Made by a program: the position numbers and the translations under genes. A DNA stretch of 64,000 nucleotides from a virus: IMG/VR virus record IMGVR_UViG_3300009593_002680, one strand, 5' to 3'. Of this stretch, positions 19,101-28,516 are shown one piece after another. The notes beneath the pieces were generated by a model. That model was not told the DNA's origin. It was given only the letters and a program-made list of their open reading frames with translations, and ran no database searches. How positions within the stretch are numbered: the first letter of the stretch is position 1; each line of letters begins with the position of its first letter.

Positions 19101-19742
19101 TTATTCGTCTGGATTGTATATTCTAAATTCTGTGAACAATTTGGCATATTCAAGCAAATCTTGTCTTAATGTTTGCAAGTGTTTTATTTCCATTGGCATT
19201 TTAAAATTAGCAACACTATATATAGGCATATAGTAATTTAAAATCTTATCTACTTTTTCTCTATCTTTAATTATGTCTTGTATAACTCTATGATAAAAAT
19301 TAGGCTCTGTAATTAATTGACTTAACCAAACATGATGGTCATCATGCGAGTTATATGCGTAAGCCATTTCCCTAATGTCATAGGTTATTGCTCTTACAGG
19401 ATTTATATTTGCTCTATATTTTTTCATCACAGGTGGATACATCCACTTCTCATGACGAGTGTGTTGATTTCTTAAAAATGCTTTATACTCATTTAAAAAA
19501 CTTTTATATAAACCTTCTTCACTTTGCTTGACTTCAACATTATAATGTTCAATCAATTCATCTGCAATTTTTTGTGCTTTCGAAGATAAGTCATCGTACA
19601 ATTCTCTTACATCAAGTATTGTATATGTGCCATCAAAGAATGTATTTGGGATTGCCTTGTGTCGTTTATATTTGTTTAGTTCAGTTGTAAGTTTTATAGC
19701 ATCAAAATTAATAATATCTTTTGACATGCTATTACTTATCAC
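19101..19742 (-). CDS. Hypothetical protein
   Basis: 213-aa ORF coupled to the upstream Nudix gene; start could be 19727. Confidence 0.7.
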   Translation of the reverse strand: MISNSMSKDIINFDAIKLTTELNKYKRHKAIPNTFFDGTYTILDVRELYDDLSSKAQKIADELIEHYNVEVKQSEEGLYKSFLNEYKAFLRNQHTRHEKWMYPPVMKKYRANINPVRAITYDIREMAYAYNSHDDHHVWLSQLITEPNFYHRVIQDIIKDREKVDKILNYYMPIYSVANFKMPMEIKHLQTLRQDLLEYAKLFTEFRIYNPDE

Positions 19743-20290
19743 ATATTGATTTTAAGTATAGTGTGCAGTTTACCAGTGCCTTTATTACGTCCTAGTGTAC
19801 TTCTTGCTCCATCATGCAATGGTTTGGGCCACTGTCCTATGTCTACCCAAGCATACCCACAACTCTCATCATTTAGTGTAGGTTGAAATTCTTTATCTAC
19901 TACATAGCAAAAACTGTAATACATAAAATTTTTGTCTTTGCTTTGATATACGTCTAATGGATTTAATTTTTTAAGTTCAGGAACAAGACCAATTTCTTCT
20001 GATAGTTCTCTTTGTAAGGCTTCATAAGGAGTTTCTATTCCTTCTATCATGCCTCCCCAAAATCCCCAAGTATGTTTTTGTCTTTTATCTGAATTGCGTA
20101 GTTGGAATAAACATCTACCTGTGTCTTTTGCTAAAAACAAAACACCTGCGGCACTAATGCCCTTATGTTTATTAAGATTGGTCAAAGGATTTAATTTTTC
20201 TATAATGCTCTTTTCTTCTAGATGTTGATTTTCCAGAACCCTGGGTTGTACGTCCCTTCGTAAGTGCTTGTCCACGTTTCGTTTTTCCAT
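19739..20290 (-). CDS. Nudix hydrolase
   Basis: Nudix box GGMIEGIETPYEALQRELSEEIG; start uncertain (overlaps gp15 by 73 nt). Confidence 0.88.
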   Translation of the reverse strand: MEKRNVDKHLRRDVQPRVLENQHLEEKSIIEKLNPLTNLNKHKGISAAGVLFLAKDTGRCLFQLRNSDKRQKHTWGFWGGMIEGIETPYEALQRELSEEIGLVPELKKLNPLDVYQSKDKNFMYYSFCYVVDKEFQPTLNDESCGYAWVDIGQWPKPLHDGARSTLGRNKGTGKLHTILKINM

Positions 20291-21663
20291 TGATACTGTT
20301 TTCCTGTAAATGTGTTTGTGACATAATGTACAGCCGTAACAGCCGATGCATCGAATACTTTAGTCCATGCACTACCGTTATACTCAATTATGTCATTGTA
20401 GTCTGCAGATATTCCCCAATTGTCTCCGGAAATCTCTGATGTAAGTAAATATCTTTGTCCATTTGTGGCGGCGGCTAATGTACCATCGCCTGGATAACTT
20501 GCTGTAGGATCAATAATTTTTGTTAAACTTGTTAATGTATTAGTTGGCAATGTATCACTGTCAATAGTGAATACTAATTTGCTTGGGTCTATACTATTTC
20601 TTGCAATAAATCCACTAATAAGACTAGTTGTTGAATCTATATCGTTTGAAATATTTAATTGTAATGTACTTCCTGTTGTTAAAGGTATATCACTCATTGT
20701 AACACTTGCATTAGACAACGTACCTTTATCTCCTTGCGGAGCAATAACTTCTAATAAATCATTCCAATTTGCTTTTGTTGTTTCACCATCATCATAACTA
20801 GTACCTTCTGTAGGTCCTGTTTTAAATAATGTTGCTTCTGTACCATTCATTTCTAAATAGTAATTGTTTGGACTTACAGTATGTAACTCAAATTGTGAAT
20901 CAACTGTTCTAAAGAAGTCGTATATATCTTCATCATAACCTAAATCTTGTACATTTGATGTATCGTAAATATTAGTTATAATTGTATTAATAATTTTTTG
21001 TCTTTGTACTTTTGCAGGTGGACTTAACCAGATAGGTAAAGTAAATGTTAGGGTGGCAACGTCTATTGTTTCATCGACGCCTGCTGGCATACTTCTATTT
21101 GACCAATTTACATCTGTAAGTTCCACTTCAAAAATACTAGTCCAATCTAAAGGATTGGAAGAGTGTTGTAATTGAATACTTGGATTAAACAAGATTAATA
21201 CTTGTTCTAACAGTTGTAATTTTTGGTCTGTATTTCCAGTCCAAATGTCTACTTGCATTGTTAAATTGTACGGAACTGGCATATATCTATCTGTGCTGTA
21301 TAAGTTACCTGGAAAACTTTGTGAATCACTACCCGTTTTATATTGACTAGTACCACTATCATATTGTCTTTCTGCAACTTGTACTTTACTAATTAACATA
21401 GGATCTTGAGCCCTATCTCTTGCTAGTAATAAACTGTTAATGCTACATGCTATAAAAGGAGTAGAGTTAACCATGTTTTCACTACCCTTTCTCATAATAT
21501 GTCCTACCATTCTTTGCATGTCTGCATATCTTACAGGAACTTTATTATAGTATGTTGCACCATCACGTTTACCTTCTGACACTTTAAAGTCATTAAAAAT
21601 CCTCATGAATTGCATCAAGTATCTTCTTAATTGTGCGTCATACCAGTAATCTAAATTAGCCAT
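20218..21663 (-). CDS. gp15: Tail sheath terminator/stabiliser, T4 gp15-like, with C-terminal extension
   Basis: YWYDAQLRRYLMQFMRIF, VPVRYAD, PVPYNLTMQVDIWT, QLLEQVLILFNP; follows gp14. Confidence 0.8.
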   Translation of the reverse strand: MANLDYWYDAQLRRYLMQFMRIFNDFKVSEGKRDGATYYNKVPVRYADMQRMVGHIMRKGSENMVNSTPFIACSINSLLLARDRAQDPMLISKVQVAERQYDSGTSQYKTGSDSQSFPGNLYSTDRYMPVPYNLTMQVDIWTGNTDQKLQLLEQVLILFNPSIQLQHSSNPLDWTSIFEVELTDVNWSNRSMPAGVDETIDVATLTFTLPIWLSPPAKVQRQKIINTIITNIYDTSNVQDLGYDEDIYDFFRTVDSQFELHTVSPNNYYLEMNGTEATLFKTGPTEGTSYDDGETTKANWNDLLEVIAPQGDKGTLSNASVTMSDIPLTTGSTLQLNISNDIDSTTSLISGFIARNSIDPSKLVFTIDSDTLPTNTLTSLTKIIDPTASYPGDGTLAAATNGQRYLLTSEISGDNWGISADYNDIIEYNGSAWTKVFDASAVTAVHYVTNTFTGKQYQWKNETWTSTYEGTYNPGFWKINI

Positions 21664-22694
21664 TAGTTATCTGCCTTAGGTTTAACTGCTTTACTGAGGT
21701 TTGTTTTCTCAACTTGAGTTGTACCATCTGTGTTTGTTGTAATATTATCATTATTAATAAAGGAAGTAAGTATTTTATTAGCGGCACTCCAAGCCTTCTT
21801 GTTGTCATCGCTAATTTTAATCCATCTACTTCCAGACTTCTTAAATAATCTATGAGGTTCAAAATCTGTTCTCAAGAAATAATCTCCGTTGTTTGATCCT
21901 ATTGGGAATGAATCTCCACTTCCAACAATACTTATGCCGTTAGGTGCAGAGCCATCTCCTGGGAAGTACACACCTGGCTTATCTACACTGGTTTCATCTA
22001 CATATAAATGACCACCTTCAAAGTTTCCAGCATCATATTGAACTTCAGCATTGGCAACTGCCATAACTTTGTCGCTAACTTCAATTTCTGTTTTGTATGT
22101 ACTAAGAACATTTCTTAAATCAGTTGCAGTTTCTCCAGTACCAAGAATATCTCTGTATTCTGGACTGTCTGTAATGTTAGTTAATTTACATCTCCATAAG
22201 TGGGGCCACCATCTAGGATCATATCCTTCTGCTGGTCTGCCACAATCACTTACTACAAAGAATCTATTAACTGCTTCACCACCACCTAAAAGTAAATCAT
22301 CTCTTAAATGTGGTAGTTCTAAAACATCACCTGCCATTAACCTTCTGCCAAGTAAACTTGCACATGAGTTCATGTGGAAAGTCATATACAAACTATCGTT
22401 AGATAAAAACATACCAAATTGTGTTAAATCAAAATCTGGTTCTGCTATATTATATGCTCCACGTAGTTCGTAAATGTCTGGGTCGTATTTTCTATCTCTG
22501 TTTTCTAAGAATATAACGTCTTGTATATACAAGTCGCCACTACCAATACTGGCTGTTGAGTCATCAGTATATGTGCCTATGTATTTGTGTACATAGACTC
22601 CTGTGCCGCCGGCATTGATACTTTCTGCTACAACTCTATCTATAAAGCCGTAGTCATTAGTTTTGTTCTTGTTCCACAGTTGTAATCTTGGCAT
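21663..22694 (-). CDS. gp14: Neck protein, T4 gp14-like
   Basis: DVIFLENRDRKYD, FDLTQFGMFL, GDVLELPHL, WWPHLWRCK; late promoter upstream. Confidence 0.78.
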   Translation of the reverse strand: MPRLQLWNKNKTNDYGFIDRVVAESINAGGTGVYVHKYIGTYTDDSTASIGSGDLYIQDVIFLENRDRKYDPDIYELRGAYNIAEPDFDLTQFGMFLSNDSLYMTFHMNSCASLLGRRLMAGDVLELPHLRDDLLLGGGEAVNRFFVVSDCGRPAEGYDPRWWPHLWRCKLTNITDSPEYRDILGTGETATDLRNVLSTYKTEIEVSDKVMAVANAEVQYDAGNFEGGHLYVDETSVDKPGVYFPGDGSAPNGISIVGSGDSFPIGSNNGDYFLRTDFEPHRLFKKSGSRWIKISDDNKKAWSAANKILTSFINNDNITTNTDGTTQVEKTNLSKAVKPKADN

Positions 22695-22701
22695 AATGTA
22701 C

Positions 22702-22709
22702 TATTTATC
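22702..22709 (-). promoter_or_regulatory. Late promoter GATAAATA for gp14-gp15-Nudix
   Basis: TATTTATC on plus strand, 8 nt from the ATG. Confidence 0.75.
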
Positions 22710-22723
22710 ACTTTCTTTAATCC

Positions 22724-22752
22724 TTGACAATGAACGTGAATACCTATATACT
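22724..22752 (+). promoter_or_regulatory. Sigma70-type promoter for tRNA-Ser
   Basis: TTGACA-17-TATACT. Confidence 0.8.
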
Positions 22753-22763
22753 GTCAAATAATA

Positions 22764-22853
22764 GGAAAGGTGGCTGAGTGGCTTAAAGCACCTCCCTGCT
22801 AAGGAGGAGTACGGGTAACTGTACCGAGAGTTCGAATCTCTCCCTTTCCGCCA
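22764..22853 (+). tRNA. tRNA-Ser (GCT)
   Basis: Acceptor GGAAAGG/CCTTTCC, anticodon arm CCTCC-CTGCTAA-GGAGG, long variable arm, GAGAG-TTCGAAT-CTCTC, encoded CCA. Confidence 0.96.
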
Positions 22854-22979
22854 ATTACCAGATATTAAAACTAGTGTTAATTAATACCGGTAAATATGTG
22901 CTACTCAGTAGAAAATGCAACGAGGCAGAAGAACCGGAATAAGACTACTGAAACTAGTGCAACGCACAGAGAGAACAAA

Positions 22980-23201
22980 ATGGTAAAAGCAAAAGCAAAA
23001 ACTAAAGCAGTTACTACTAAAAAAGCAACTAAGAATGTTGATTGGGATTTTCAAAACGTTGGTGACAACGTAAGAAAAAATGCAGAACAAATTAGTGCTA
23101 ACATTAGAGCAAACGCAGAAGAAATAAGTTCTAACATTCGAGCAAATCAAAAAAGGATTAGCGACAATATGAGAGCATACCTAAACAGAAATTTAGGGTA
23201 A
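22980..23201 (+). CDS. Small basic protein with 11-aa repeats (73 aa; start moved to MVKAKAK)
   Basis: GAGAG RBS-like sequence; repeats NVRKNAEQISA, NIRANAEEISS, NIRANQKRISD. Confidence 0.7.
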   Translation: MVKAKAKTKAVTTKKATKNVDWDFQNVGDNVRKNAEQISANIRANAEEISSNIRANQKRISDNMRAYLNRNLG

Positions 23202-23211
23202 ACATAAACTG

Positions 23212-23287
23212 GGGGCGGTAGCTCAGTTGGGAGAGCGTCTGGTTTGCATCCAGAAGGTCGCAGGTTCGACCCCTGTTCGCTCCACCA
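23212..23287 (+). tRNA. tRNA-Ala (TGC)
   Basis: Acceptor GGGGCGG/TCGCTCC with G3:U70, anticodon arm TCTGG-TTTGCAT-CCAGA, GTTCGA T-loop, encoded CCA. Confidence 0.96.
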
Positions 23288-23304
23288 GTTTCGATAGTAT
23301 TAGT

Positions 23305-23559
23305 ATGACAAGTGATAAAGACATAGACGATATATTAACAGAAGTAATATTAGATTTATTGCTTGAAGCAAAAGAAAATGGTTTAGACATGTTATCATTT
23401 AAAGACCTTACTAAGATGCTAGGAGTAGATGATACATCATTAATGACAAAGTTTGAACAAGGTATGACGTTTAAACTTAATCATGAATTTATAGATAAAT
23501 TAAAAGACCCAGAAATAAGACAAGCAATGATAGAATCATTTAAGGCGACTAAACATTGA
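23305..23559 (+). CDS. Hypothetical protein (84 aa; start moved downstream of the tRNA)
   Basis: First ATG after tRNA-Ala; coupled to fpr. Confidence 0.7.
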   Translation: MTSDKDIDDILTEVILDLLLEAKENGLDMLSFKDLTKMLGVDDTSLMTKFEQGMTFKLNHEFIDKLKDPEIRQAMIESFKATKH

Positions 23560-24287
23560 ATAAAGAAACAGTAACATGGGTTCATCATTGGACCGATAAA
23601 ACATTCAGTTTTAAAACAACAAGAAATCAATCGTTTCGTTTTGTAAACGGTGAATTTGCAATGATTGGATTAATGGTAGATGACAAGCCATTATTAAGAG
23701 CATACAGTATTGCTAGTGCAAATTACGAAGACCACTTAGAGTTCTTAAGTATTAAGGTACCAGACGGCCCTCTTACAAGTCGTTTACAGCATTTAAAAGT
23801 TGGAGATGAAGTTATATGTATGCCAAAGACTACGGGCACTTTAACGATTGATAATTTAACTAAAGCAGATAATTTGTTTTTATTATGCACAGGAACAGGT
23901 TTAGCACCGTTTATGAGTATTATTAGAGACCCTCAAACATACGAAAAGTTTAGTAATGTAACATTAGTACATACAACAAGAACACATGCAGAACATACAT
24001 ATCAAACAGAAATAACAAATGCAGTAAACACTATTGCAGACACACCATTTACATTTACTTACTACGATACATGTACCCAAGAAGATTATGAACGTAAAGG
24101 ACGTTTTTGGCTACACATACAAAATTTTACAGATGGCGGATTTAATAAAGATACTGACAGAGTAATGGTATGCGGTGGACCAGAAATGAATTATGAATGT
24201 AGAGACTTTTTTGAAAACTTAGGTTTTCAAGAAGGTAATTTAGGAGAAGCCGGAGATTTTGTACTTGAAAGAGCCTTTGTAGATTAA
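23556..24287 (+). CDS. fpr: Ferredoxin/flavodoxin-NADP(+) reductase
   Basis: TTG start; VHHWTDKTFSF, RAYSIAS, GPLTSRL, TGTGLAPFMS, MVCGGP, C-terminal VLERAF. Confidence 0.95.
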   Translation: MNKETVTWVHHWTDKTFSFKTTRNQSFRFVNGEFAMIGLMVDDKPLLRAYSIASANYEDHLEFLSIKVPDGPLTSRLQHLKVGDEVICMPKTTGTLTIDNLTKADNLFLLCTGTGLAPFMSIIRDPQTYEKFSNVTLVHTTRTHAEHTYQTEITNAVNTIADTPFTFTYYDTCTQEDYERKGRFWLHIQNFTDGGFNKDTDRVMVCGGPEMNYECRDFFENLGFQEGNLGEAGDFVLERAFVD

Positions 24288-24300
24288 GATAAGTACAAGT

Positions 24301-26157
24301 ATGAAAGACGTTCTTCAAGATTGGTATAATTGGTCAGGACCAGGTGGAGATCCTGGTATAGACTGGAAAAATCAAAAAGACATAAAACTTGCTATCGAAA
24401 TAGACAAAGATTTCGAACACACTCCTGTTGATGTATTAATCTTTGCTTCTGATCCTCAACGTGGCAGAGAGTATGAAATGATTTTAAAGGAAATGTATAA
24501 GCCAGGCGAGTCATGGTCAGACGACTTTTTTCATACTGAATATATGGGAAAAGCAAAATTCTTTGAAGAACAATGTTATAAATTACCATCTAGAAAAGAA
24601 CTTTTAAGTACTGCTAATGGCGAAGATAAACTTAAAAATGCTGGATATTATTTAACTTGGCCCTCTTTAGACCAACATGATGGTCGTGCTATGGGCAGTG
24701 ATAAAGTTGCACATGAAATAAGAAAATTAGGCTATACAGTACAAGTTATCCACAACCTTTTACATGTAAGTGAAGATACTGTACATAAAATTATACAAAA
24801 ATTTGTTGGAGAAAACACTAAAGCAGTAATGTTTGGTCAAGTATTTTCATTTCATAAAGACCAATATGGTTTATTGAATAGTTCGTTTTTCCCTCCAGGT
24901 AGGCAACATTTAATTAAACCGTGGATATTAGAACAAAATCCTAACACTAAATTAGTTATAGGAGGAGTACAATATAATTACACAAAAGAGTTTGGTGGTG
25001 TTAGTAAAAATAAGACTCCTTTAGATGATATAGATATTCGTATGTTTGGATATGCAGACGTAACTATTAGAGATATGCTAAAAGACTTAGAAAACGGAAA
25101 CAGCAAAGAGTCTTACAGTGATCCTAAAAGTATGCTTGACATTTATAACAGCACAATGGAATATTTTGACGAAGATGTTATTTTACCAAACCAACGTATT
25201 GGATTAGAACTAGGTAGAGGTTGTATTTTTAAATGTACATTCTGTGAGTTTAATTTAATAGGAAAAACAAAAGGCACTTATACAAGAAGTACGTCAAGAC
25301 TTGAAGATGAATTAAAACGTAATTGGGAAGAGTACGGAGTAAGTAGATATTGGATAACAGATGATACACTAAATGATGATACTGCAAAATTAGAAAGAAT
25401 AGCAGAAATAAAAACAAAACATAATATACCTTTAACGTATTCTTGTTTTTTAAGATTAGATTTACAGAACAGATTAAAGCAAGAAGATATTCTACTAGAA
25501 AGTGGACTTGAATATGCTCATTACGGTATAGAAACATTAATACCTGATAGTGCTGTTTCAATCGGTAAAGGTTGGCATCCCGAAGAACAAATGGCATATA
25601 TTAGAGAACTTAAAGCAGATAAATTTAAAAATGTGTTCTTACATTCTAACTTTATGTATGGATTACCAGAAGATACTTTAGAAGGTATAAAAGAAATGCA
25701 TTATAAATTAATAGATATGGATTATAATAAATTAGACCAAACAGTTGTACAACTTTATACAATTAGACAGGTACAACCGGATTATTCTAAATCAGACCCA
25801 ACAAAAACAACTAGTAGCATACAAACTAATTTAGAAGAAGAACGATATACTATACAAGATGACCGTAAAGTATGGGAAGGCATTTTATTAACTAAAAACA
25901 AACACGGATTATCTACACAACAATCACACCATATAGCACATCAAACAACAGTACAATTTAGACACAACAAGTATTGGCAAGACTTTGATCCTGTAAAGAA
26001 TTCAAACGACCTAAGATACCAAATGTTTCAAGATTATAGCACATATTTTAATAGAATATTTGACATTAATAAACATAATAGATATGAAACTGTAACACTT
26101 TTTAATGAAGATGTCCCTAGAACACTATCTGTACAAGAATATAAAGAATCGCTGTAG
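24301..26157 (+). CDS. B12-binding-type (class B-like) radical SAM protein
   Basis: CxxxCxxC in LELGRGCIFKCTFCEF; upstream Rossmann-like AHEIRKLGYTVQVI, KLVIGG, DIRMFGYAD; WITDDTLND, YGIET, FMYGLPEDT. Confidence 0.85.
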   Translation: MKDVLQDWYNWSGPGGDPGIDWKNQKDIKLAIEIDKDFEHTPVDVLIFASDPQRGREYEMILKEMYKPGESWSDDFFHTEYMGKAKFFEEQCYKLPSRKELLSTANGEDKLKNAGYYLTWPSLDQHDGRAMGSDKVAHEIRKLGYTVQVIHNLLHVSEDTVHKIIQKFVGENTKAVMFGQVFSFHKDQYGLLNSSFFPPGRQHLIKPWILEQNPNTKLVIGGVQYNYTKEFGGVSKNKTPLDDIDIRMFGYADVTIRDMLKDLENGNSKESYSDPKSMLDIYNSTMEYFDEDVILPNQRIGLELGRGCIFKCTFCEFNLIGKTKGTYTRSTSRLEDELKRNWEEYGVSRYWITDDTLNDDTAKLERIAEIKTKHNIPLTYSCFLRLDLQNRLKQEDILLESGLEYAHYGIETLIPDSAVSIGKGWHPEEQMAYIRELKADKFKNVFLHSNFMYGLPEDTLEGIKEMHYKLIDMDYNKLDQTVVQLYTIRQVQPDYSKSDPTKTTSSIQTNLEEERYTIQDDRKVWEGILLTKNKHGLSTQQSHHIAHQTTVQFRHNKYWQDFDPVKNSNDLRYQMFQDYSTYFNRIFDINKHNRYETVTLFNEDVPRTLSVQEYKESL

Positions 26158-26164
26158 GTAACTT

Positions 26165-26172
26165 ACTAAATA
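26165..26172 (+). promoter_or_regulatory. Late-like promoter ACTAAATA
   Basis: 7 nt before the FabZ-like ATG; no SD sequence. Confidence 0.55.
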
Positions 26173-26178
26173 CCTTAC

Positions 26179-26601
26179 ATGGAACTACCACACAGACATC
26201 CTATTGCACTAATAGATGAACACACTATCTTAAATGATGAAGAAGTTGAAGCAACATATATGGTGCATAATGCTCATCCAGTATTAGAAGGACACTTCCC
26301 TCATGTAAAAATTTGGCCCGGTGTCTATATTATCGAAGGAATGAATCAATGTGCCGGTCTCCATGCATTACATCTAGCAGGAAAAGAACAAGATGAACTT
26401 AAACATGAAGATTATGTTACTTTTGTTACTAGTGTAGACAAATGTAAGTTTAGATTTCCTGTATTTCCAGGTACTAGATTAAGACTTACAGCCAAACTTA
26501 CCAAACGTAAACTTAATCATATCTTCTATGATTGCAAAGTATTCGATGGAGAATCACGTGTAGCATCTGCTACAATAGGTCTAACTGCCAAAAAACTATA
26601 A
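26179..26601 (+). CDS. fabZ: 3-hydroxyacyl-ACP dehydratase, FabZ-like hot-dog protein
   Basis: LPHRHPIALID, GHFP..KIWPGVYIIEGMNQ, KFRFPVFPG motifs. Confidence 0.85.
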   Translation: MELPHRHPIALIDEHTILNDEEVEATYMVHNAHPVLEGHFPHVKIWPGVYIIEGMNQCAGLHALHLAGKEQDELKHEDYVTFVTSVDKCKFRFPVFPGTRLRLTAKLTKRKLNHIFYDCKVFDGESRVASATIGLTAKKL

Positions 26602-26604
26602 ATA
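26597..26604 (+). promoter_or_regulatory. Late promoter TATAAATA
   Basis: Exact T4 late consensus upstream of the 26661 gene. Confidence 0.7.
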
Positions 26605-26660
26605 CAGTTGGTGGATTTACGGCGGTATCATACACCTCAACAATAAACGGAGGATATACT

Positions 26661-27209
26661 ATGAAGTATATTATTTTGTTGTTAGGAGTAATGATGTCCA
26701 CACTCTCATTAGCCGAAACAATGATTTATTACAATGATGGAACACAATATACTGTGCCTGAAAGTGCGGGTATATATGTTTCTGAAGGACCTCTTTGGAC
26801 AAAAACACAATCAGACGATAATATAGAATTTGGAAAAGTTACAGAAAACTCCAGACGTGATGGCGATGATGATCCACCGCCACCCACCAATCCATATTGC
26901 TTCGGGCCGTTAAAGCCTGCCGCGTCTACTTACGATTGTGATTTGAACGGAGATGTAATAGGTCAAGATTGCAAACACCCTGACCAACCAGGCAGTAATA
27001 TTAGTGTTGGTGGGATGAATAATTATGTCTCATATTGCAAATTGAGGCAAAAAGATGCAAATGGTAAATGGGTTGGTAGTAACAATAGGGATGGATGTGT
27101 AACTTATACTACACTTTGGGGAGGGGTTTATAATGCTCCTCAATGCGTTCAACCTTTTGAATATAGACCAATTTATAGTGACGGCAGACATAACTCTAGC
27201 AATTTTTAA
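26661..27209 (+). CDS. Secreted Cys-rich hypothetical protein (182 aa; start moved to MKYIILLL)
   Basis: GGAGGA RBS; signal peptide ending SLA; poly-Pro linker; six Cys in the C-terminal half. Confidence 0.75.
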   Translation: MKYIILLLGVMMSTLSLAETMIYYNDGTQYTVPESAGIYVSEGPLWTKTQSDDNIEFGKVTENSRRDGDDDPPPPTNPYCFGPLKPAASTYDCDLNGDVIGQDCKHPDQPGSNISVGGMNNYVSYCKLRQKDANGKWVGSNNRDGCVTYTTLWGGVYNAPQCVQPFEYRPIYSDGRHNSSNF

Positions 27210-27211
27210 TT

Positions 27212-27237
27212 AAAAGGGCCGTTCTGGCCCTTTTTTT
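27212..27237 (+). terminator. Rho-independent terminator
   Basis: AAAAGGGCC-GTTCT-GGCCCTTTTTTT. Confidence 0.9.
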
Positions 27238-27262
27238 ACCATTTTGATTCAAAATTTACCAA

Positions 27263-27291
27263 TTGACAAAGAAATTTTTTGAAGTTATACT
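27263..27291 (+). promoter_or_regulatory. Sigma70-type early promoter
   Basis: TTGACA-17-TATACT. Confidence 0.8.
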
Positions 27292-27328
27292 AACTAGCAA
27301 TATTGTTTGGAGTAATTTTAATAAAACA

Positions 27329-28492
27329 ATGGCTAGAAAGAAAAAGCAAAGAACCGTTTATGTAACCAAGGAACCAGATTGGAAAAAGTTCATTGGGTTG
27401 ACTAATCCTGAGGAACAAGAAAAAGCATTTGATAGTTGTGACTATTTTGTGCATTCTGAAATATCTACAAAGGAAGGTGTTGCCGCATATAGGCAATGGG
27501 TTAAAGAAGCAAGTGGTTGGGCACCAGAGGATATTAAGGTTATTCTTAAAAATCCAGATTGGCGATTTAGCAGTAGTGCCAAGTATGCCTGGCTTTGGAA
27601 AAAACTAGGATATATGCCAGAGAGATTATCAAAGTTTTATGATAAAAAACAGGAAGAACTGATTATGCAAGGTAAGACAGTTTTAGAAGAAGTAGAAAAG
27701 AAGAAAGTAAAGGCTCCACCTAAAGTATCTATACAACAAAGAATGTTAGAACAGATTACTGACTTATGTGGTGACTGGGACGGCTTGTTAGATGAATTCA
27801 TTGTAAATGAAAAGTTTGACCTTAAGAAGTTTGACCCTGAAAGGGATATGAAAGTATATGGCGGCGGTGTTGTAAAACCTGCACATGCTAAACTTATTAA
27901 AGACCAGTATGAAATGATTACTGAAGAAGCAAAAGAAAATTTAGCAGGTACATGTGACCAATTAAAAGAAGCATATAGTTTTATGGATAAGAAAATGAAG
28001 AAAGACTATGTAGCATTTTTTGAAAAAATAAACTCAGCCTGTGATGCTGTTATACTTACTGGTAAAGCAAATAGGAAACAACGTAAACCTAGAGCAAGAA
28101 GCAAAGATGTTATTATAAAGAAAATGAAATATCAAGTGAACGATGGCACACTAGGAATAGCATCTATTTCGCCCACAGACGTCGTCTACGCAAACGAATT
28201 ATGGATATACAATACAAAGACTCGTAAAGTAGGAGTCTACCACGCAAAGAACAAAGATCCACGTGGATTAGGCAGACCTGGTGCAGGATTACTTGTAAAA
28301 GGCACTACTATACAAGATTTTGATGAAGAAACTAGTGTACAAAAGACACTTAGAAAGCCAGCAGAACAAATTAATAGTTGGACTGGAAATGCTAAAACAC
28401 GTTTTGCTAAAGCATTTGACGAAGTTAAAACAACACCCACCAAATTAAACGGAAGAATGAACGATACTACTATCATATTGAAAGCCTTTTAA
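27329..28492 (+). CDS. Conserved hypothetical protein (387 aa; start moved to MARKKKQR)
   Basis: The track start 27263 coincides with the -35 box; C-terminal ELWIYNTKTRKVGVY, VKGTTI, QKTLRKP region resembles a T4-like phage early protein. Confidence 0.75.
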   Translation: MARKKKQRTVYVTKEPDWKKFIGLTNPEEQEKAFDSCDYFVHSEISTKEGVAAYRQWVKEASGWAPEDIKVILKNPDWRFSSSAKYAWLWKKLGYMPERLSKFYDKKQEELIMQGKTVLEEVEKKKVKAPPKVSIQQRMLEQITDLCGDWDGLLDEFIVNEKFDLKKFDPERDMKVYGGGVVKPAHAKLIKDQYEMITEEAKENLAGTCDQLKEAYSFMDKKMKKDYVAFFEKINSACDAVILTGKANRKQRKPRARSKDVIIKKMKYQVNDGTLGIASISPTDVVYANELWIYNTKTRKVGVYHAKNKDPRGLGRPGAGLLVKGTTIQDFDEETSVQKTLRKPAEQINSWTGNAKTRFAKAFDEVKTTPTKLNGRMNDTTIILKAF

Positions 28493-28503
28493 AGGCAAAA
28501 AGT

Positions 28504-28511
28504 GATAAATA
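28504..28511 (+). promoter_or_regulatory. Late promoter GATAAATA (leaderless gp13)
   Basis: ATG 28517 lies 6 nt after the motif end. Confidence 0.75.
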
Positions 28512-28516
28512 GTAGT

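Noticed and set aside
23227-23304. N-terminal extension of ORF 23227-23559
   Set aside because: It is the tRNA-Ala sequence read as codons from a TTG; the real start is more likely ATG 23305.
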